A stretch of 64,000 bases of DNA from an uncultured delta proteobacterium. GTDB taxonomy: Bacteria > Desulfobacterota > Desulfobacteria > Desulfobacterales > SG8-13. The position numbers and the translations under genes were made by a program. Within the stretch, counting starts at the first letter, position 1, and each line of letters starts with the position of its first letter. The notes below the pieces were generated by a model. That model saw nothing but the letters and a program-made list of their open reading frames with translations, did not search any database and was not told where the DNA came from. The stretch is from contig CAWBYM010000017.1 in NCBI GenBank assembly GCA_963792945.1, positions 313,717 to 377,716 on the forward strand. Direction: 5' to 3'. This document shows positions 60,393 through 64,000 of the stretch, piece after piece.

Positions 60393-61328
60393 ATGTATCG
60401 TGCCCAACTCCATTGGCAGCCGGTGATCGTCCTGGTGGCCGTTGCCATGACCTGGGGAGCCAACATGGCCTTCATCAAATTCGCTTCCAGGGAGGTGGCG
60501 CCCCTGTTCATGGCCGGGCTGCGCTCCCTTGTCGCCGGATTCATAATATTTCTCTGGATGAGGTTCCGCGGTCTGGCTCTGTTTCCGAGGGCCGATATGG
60601 TGGCTCACGGGGCGGTGGCCGGAATGCTGTTCGGAGCTGAGTTTGCCCTCATCTACCTCGGACTTCAGAATACACTGGCTTCCCGCACGTATGTTTTGGT
60701 CTACACGGCGCCTCTTTTCGTTGCACTGGGCGCTCATTTTCTTCTCAAGGACGACCGGCTCAATCCGTGGAAGGTGACGGGGCTCGTCATGGCATTTGCC
60801 GGCGTGGGCATCCTGCTCCTGAAAAACACGAAGTCGGTGACAGCCGTCATGCTGCGGGGTGACCTGATGGCCCTGGGAGGGGGCATCTTATGGGCGATGA
60901 CCACCATCTATGTCAAGCGCTTCATGGTTGGCAAGGCCCTCCCGTTGCAGATGGTCCTCTATCAGCTGATCTTTTCGACACCGCTTCTTTTCGGCCTCAG
61001 CGCCGCCACCGAAGATCCGGTCTTTTCAGGGTTTTCCCTGCTGACCGGCATTTCCCTGTTCTACCAGTGCGTCATCGTCGCCTCCATCACCTTCATTGTC
61101 TGGTTCGAGATGGTCCATCGCTATCCGGTCAGCCTCCTGCACGCTTTCACCTTCTTCGTGCCGGTTTTTGGTGTGGCAGTAAGCGGGGTCCTCATGCTCG
61201 GCGAGGTTATTACGGTCCGGCTGCTGATTGCCCTATGCATGGTCGGGTCGGGAATGGTGCTGGTGAACTTCCGTCCGGCGGGTAAACCGGCAGCGCGGAA
61301 ATCTGCGGCCGGACGGAGGGATGGTTGA
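60393..61328 (+). CDS. DMT superfamily (EamA-type) transporter
   Basis: About 10 hydrophobic helices arranged as two EamA-like halves. Length is 311 aa. Confidence 0.8.
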   Translation: MYRAQLHWQPVIVLVAVAMTWGANMAFIKFASREVAPLFMAGLRSLVAGFIIFLWMRFRGLALFPRADMVAHGAVAGMLFGAEFALIYLGLQNTLASRTYVLVYTAPLFVALGAHFLLKDDRLNPWKVTGLVMAFAGVGILLLKNTKSVTAVMLRGDLMALGGGILWAMTTIYVKRFMVGKALPLQMVLYQLIFSTPLLFGLSAATEDPVFSGFSLLTGISLFYQCVIVASITFIVWFEMVHRYPVSLLHAFTFFVPVFGVAVSGVLMLGEVITVRLLIALCMVGSGMVLVNFRPAGKPAARKSAAGRRDG

Positions 61329-61388
61329 ATTGCCGCCGGACAAGCCGTATAAAGGACGGTGTGTAGTAAAAAACAAAGGAGATCGAAC

Positions 61389-62432
61389 ATGAAGTACAGA
61401 TATTTGGGTTCGTCAGGCTTGCTGGTGTCCAGAATATCGTTGGGCACCATGACCTTCGGGACGGAAAACTGGGGTTGCGACGAAGCGGCATCCCATGCCG
61501 TCATGAAGGCCTATATCGACGCCGGCGGCAATTTTATCGATTGTGCGGATGTTTACGCCGGTGGGCGGTCCGAAGAGATGGTCGGATCCTTCGTGAAACA
61601 GGTGAACCGGGACGAGATTGTCATCGCGTCGAAGTGCTACTTTCCCATGGGCCAGAAACCGAATCAGTTCGGCGTATCGCGCAAACATATCATGGCCAGC
61701 TGCGAGGCCAGCTTGAAGCGCCTGCAGACCGACCACCTCGATCTGTACTATATCCACGGCCCGGATCCGGTGACACCCTATGAGGAAACCCTGCGCGCCA
61801 TGGACGATCTGGTGCGGCAGGGAAAGGCTCGCTATTTGGGATGCAGCAACATGTTCGGCTGGCAGATGGCCAAGGCGGCCGGGATTTCTGCGCGGCATGG
61901 CCTGGAGCGTCTCGTAGCGGGCCAGTTCATCTACAGCCTGATACACCGGGAACTCGAACGTGAGGTCATCCCCGCGGCCATCGACAGCGGCATTGGCCTC
62001 ACCGCCTACAGCCCCCTTGGTGGAGGGCTCTTGACCGGGAAATACGGTGGTATGACGGAGCCGGCTGCAGGGACCCGGCATTCCTTCCGGACCCAGATCG
62101 ACGGCCCCCGGTTCTGGACGCCGAACGGTTTCAAAACGGCGGCGATCTTGGAAAAGGTGTCTAAGGAAACAGGCATATCCATGACCGACCTGGCCATCGG
62201 CTGGCCGCTCGGTCGTAAATTTGTGAGCGCGGTTGTGATCGGGGTCAAGAGCCTGGACCAGCTGGAAGCGAATCTTCGGGCCGGTGACTGGGACATGCCC
62301 CGGAATGTGTGGAATATCCTGGAGGAGCGAACGAGACCGGCCGAGGAGTACATGAACTGGTTCGGCAAATTGAATTACCGGAGGATTTTCGAAGCCGCCG
62401 AATTCCACGACGAGAACCTCGACCTGACGTAA
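61389..62432 (+). CDS. aldo/keto reductase
   Basis: MKYRYLGSSGLLVSRISLGTMTFG, FIDCADVYAGGRSEE and LDLYYIHGPD. AAAGGAGA precedes ATG 61389. Confidence 0.9.
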   Translation: MKYRYLGSSGLLVSRISLGTMTFGTENWGCDEAASHAVMKAYIDAGGNFIDCADVYAGGRSEEMVGSFVKQVNRDEIVIASKCYFPMGQKPNQFGVSRKHIMASCEASLKRLQTDHLDLYYIHGPDPVTPYEETLRAMDDLVRQGKARYLGCSNMFGWQMAKAAGISARHGLERLVAGQFIYSLIHRELEREVIPAAIDSGIGLTAYSPLGGGLLTGKYGGMTEPAAGTRHSFRTQIDGPRFWTPNGFKTAAILEKVSKETGISMTDLAIGWPLGRKFVSAVVIGVKSLDQLEANLRAGDWDMPRNVWNILEERTRPAEEYMNWFGKLNYRRIFEAAEFHDENLDLT

Positions 62433-62514
62433 TCGATTCATTCGGGACTGCTCTTACGCCAAAGCGAAAGCCGAATCCTCTCAAATCGACGACCAGGAAT
62501 TGCGGGATGACCCA

Positions 62515-63819
62515 ATGAATGCTTTTCTGCCGCTGATTCAGAAGTTTTTCGAACACGACATCGTTGCCGCCACTAGCAGCTTGGAGGACTTGCCGGAAAA
62601 AGAAGCCGTAGAGGTATTCAACGCCCTGCCGCCACCCTTGGCAGCCGTTGCGATCAAACACCTACAGATCGGTTTTGTGGCTGAATTACTGCAGAACTCC
62701 GAGGACGCCTTTCTGCGGGAAATCACTTCCAGGCTGGAGCCGCAATTCGCCGCTTCCCTCCTGATGCAGCTTACCCCCCATGCCAGAGAGCGCCTGACCG
62801 GTTATATTTCGGACAAGCTCAAAGGGCAGATAACAGAGCTGCTGGAGTACCCGGAGGGGAGTGTCGGGCGCATCATGACCACCGACTTTTTGGCTTTTCA
62901 CCAGGAGGTTGCTGCCGAAGAGGCGATCGAAAAGATTCGGATCTTAGCCAAGAAGCGGTTTCCGCTATCATACGCTTACGTGGTGGATAACGACCAGCGG
63001 CTTGTCGGGGTGCTGAACATGCGTGATCTGATGGTCGCTCCGCCGGACATGCCGCTGGGAGCGATTGCACGTACGGAAGTCTTTGCTCTCCACTGTTTCA
63101 TCGACATCCAGGAGGCCGCCAATGAATTGTCGAAACGACGGTATTTTGCGGCCCCGATAATTGACAGCGAGAAGCGTATGCTCGGGATCATCAAAGCCGA
63201 ACGCATCATACAGGGCGTTCAGGAGGATGTGACCAAGGACATCCAGACCATGTTCGGTGCCGGCAGCGACGAGCGTGTCTCTTCCACGATTCTCTATTCC
63301 CTCGGAAAACGCCTGCCTTGGCTGCACGTCAACCTGGCCACGGCGTTTCTTGCCGCGGGGGTCGTGGCACTGTTCGAGGGCATTATCGCCAAGCTGACCA
63401 TTCTGGCGATTTTTCTACCTGTTGTTGCCGGCCAGGGCGGAAATGCCGGAGCCCAGTCACTGGCCGTGGTTATGCGGGGCATCGTCATGCGCGAGATTCC
63501 CAAAGGCAAGGTGCTCAGACTGATCATCAAGGAAGGCCAGCTGGGCGCCATAAACGGTGCAGTGGTTGGATTTGTCACGGCGATTGTCGCCTGGTTCTGG
63601 AACGGAAATCCATACCTCGGACTGGTCATCGGCCTCGGTATGCTGTTCAATTTGATTTTCGCGGGCCTTTCGGGGGCATCGATTCCGATCTTGATGAAAA
63701 AAATCGGCATAGACCCCGCCCAGAGCTCGAGCATCATTTTAACGACTGTCACCGATGTCATGGGGTTCCTGGCATTTCTGGGATTTGCGGTGTTGTTTCA
63801 GAATGCTCTCGTTTCGTAA
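62515..63819 (+). CDS. mgtE: magnesium transporter MgtE
   Basis: N-domain, a CBS pair (VVDNDQRLVGVLNMRDL, IIDSEKRMLGII) and a TM domain with GQGGNAGAQS. An alternative start is at 62500. Confidence 0.9.
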   Translation: MNAFLPLIQKFFEHDIVAATSSLEDLPEKEAVEVFNALPPPLAAVAIKHLQIGFVAELLQNSEDAFLREITSRLEPQFAASLLMQLTPHARERLTGYISDKLKGQITELLEYPEGSVGRIMTTDFLAFHQEVAAEEAIEKIRILAKKRFPLSYAYVVDNDQRLVGVLNMRDLMVAPPDMPLGAIARTEVFALHCFIDIQEAANELSKRRYFAAPIIDSEKRMLGIIKAERIIQGVQEDVTKDIQTMFGAGSDERVSSTILYSLGKRLPWLHVNLATAFLAAGVVALFEGIIAKLTILAIFLPVVAGQGGNAGAQSLAVVMRGIVMREIPKGKVLRLIIKEGQLGAINGAVVGFVTAIVAWFWNGNPYLGLVIGLGMLFNLIFAGLSGASIPILMKKIGIDPAQSSSIILTTVTDVMGFLAFLGFAVLFQNALVS

Positions 63820-63849
63820 TCACTGATTTCGTGAAGGAAGGGTCTGATC

Positions 63850-64000
63850 ATGAAAAAAAAGTGTCGCTGCCAAATGGTTCTGAAAATGACCATCGTCGGG
63901 CTACAGGCGATGGCCCTAATCGCCTGTGCCAGCAGTTACAACAAGCTGGCGAAAGACTATTATGAACAGGGGCAGATGTTTTACGAGCGGATGGAATACG
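63850..64000 (+). CDS. lipoprotein, N-terminal fragment (runs off the window)
   Basis: ATG 63850. The translation MKKKCRCQMVLKMTIVGLQAMALIACASSYNKLAKDYYEQGQMFYERMEY has a lipobox (LIAC) and a TPR-like beginning. The frame is open to the window end. Confidence 0.55.
   Translation, partial: MKKKCRCQMVLKMTIVGLQAMALIACASSYNKLAKDYYEQGQMFYERMEY

Overview
This is a 64-kb window from a moderately GC-rich Gram-negative bacterium. The gene content looks anaerobic and Desulfobacterota-like (selB, anaerobic glpA/glpB, a GEMM-I riboswitch, many Liv/Dpp-type ABC systems), but that taxonomic guess is inference only.

Layout:
- 1-13.9 kb: housekeeping block with argC (partial), folD, an M23 peptidase, secA, clpS-clpA-aat, a HIT protein, hemW and selB.
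- 14.05-14.37 kb: tRNA-His(GUG) and tRNA-Arg(UCG).
- 14.5-23.1 kb: accessory cell-surface block. It holds a multiply frameshifted LamG + 7xFG-GAP protein, a GT2 / large polytopic membrane protein pair, an AT-rich spacer with a ~184-bp palindromic element, a frameshifted SGNH-PKD exoprotein, and a methyltransferase.
- 23.2-26.6 kb: a DUF1538 x2 + PII-like operon, a small Cys-containing ORF and an lpxA-like gene.
- 27-37 kb: gabD and a long minus-strand operon (FAD oxidoreductase, Dpp-type ABC, MFS, an unlisted 47-aa Cys-rich ORF).
- 37-44.5 kb: a PagL-like OMP, the glycerol operon (glpA, frameshifted glpB, glpK, Fe-ADH) and a 5'-truncated solute-binding gene.
- 44.5-50.5 kb: tripartite RND efflux system.
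- 50.7-59.6 kb: Liv-type ABC + acyl-CoA synthetase + acyl-CoA dehydrogenase operon.
- 60-64 kb: MoaD/ThiS-like protein, EamA transporter, aldo/keto reductase, mgtE, and a partial lipoprotein.

The best-supported non-coding find is a c-di-GMP-I (GEMM-I)-like riboswitch with an intrinsic terminator upstream of the M23 peptidase gene. I saw no CRISPR array, transposase, integrase or recognisable defence genes. Many long ORFs in the supplied track are antisense shadow ORFs of this GC-rich sequence and were not called.
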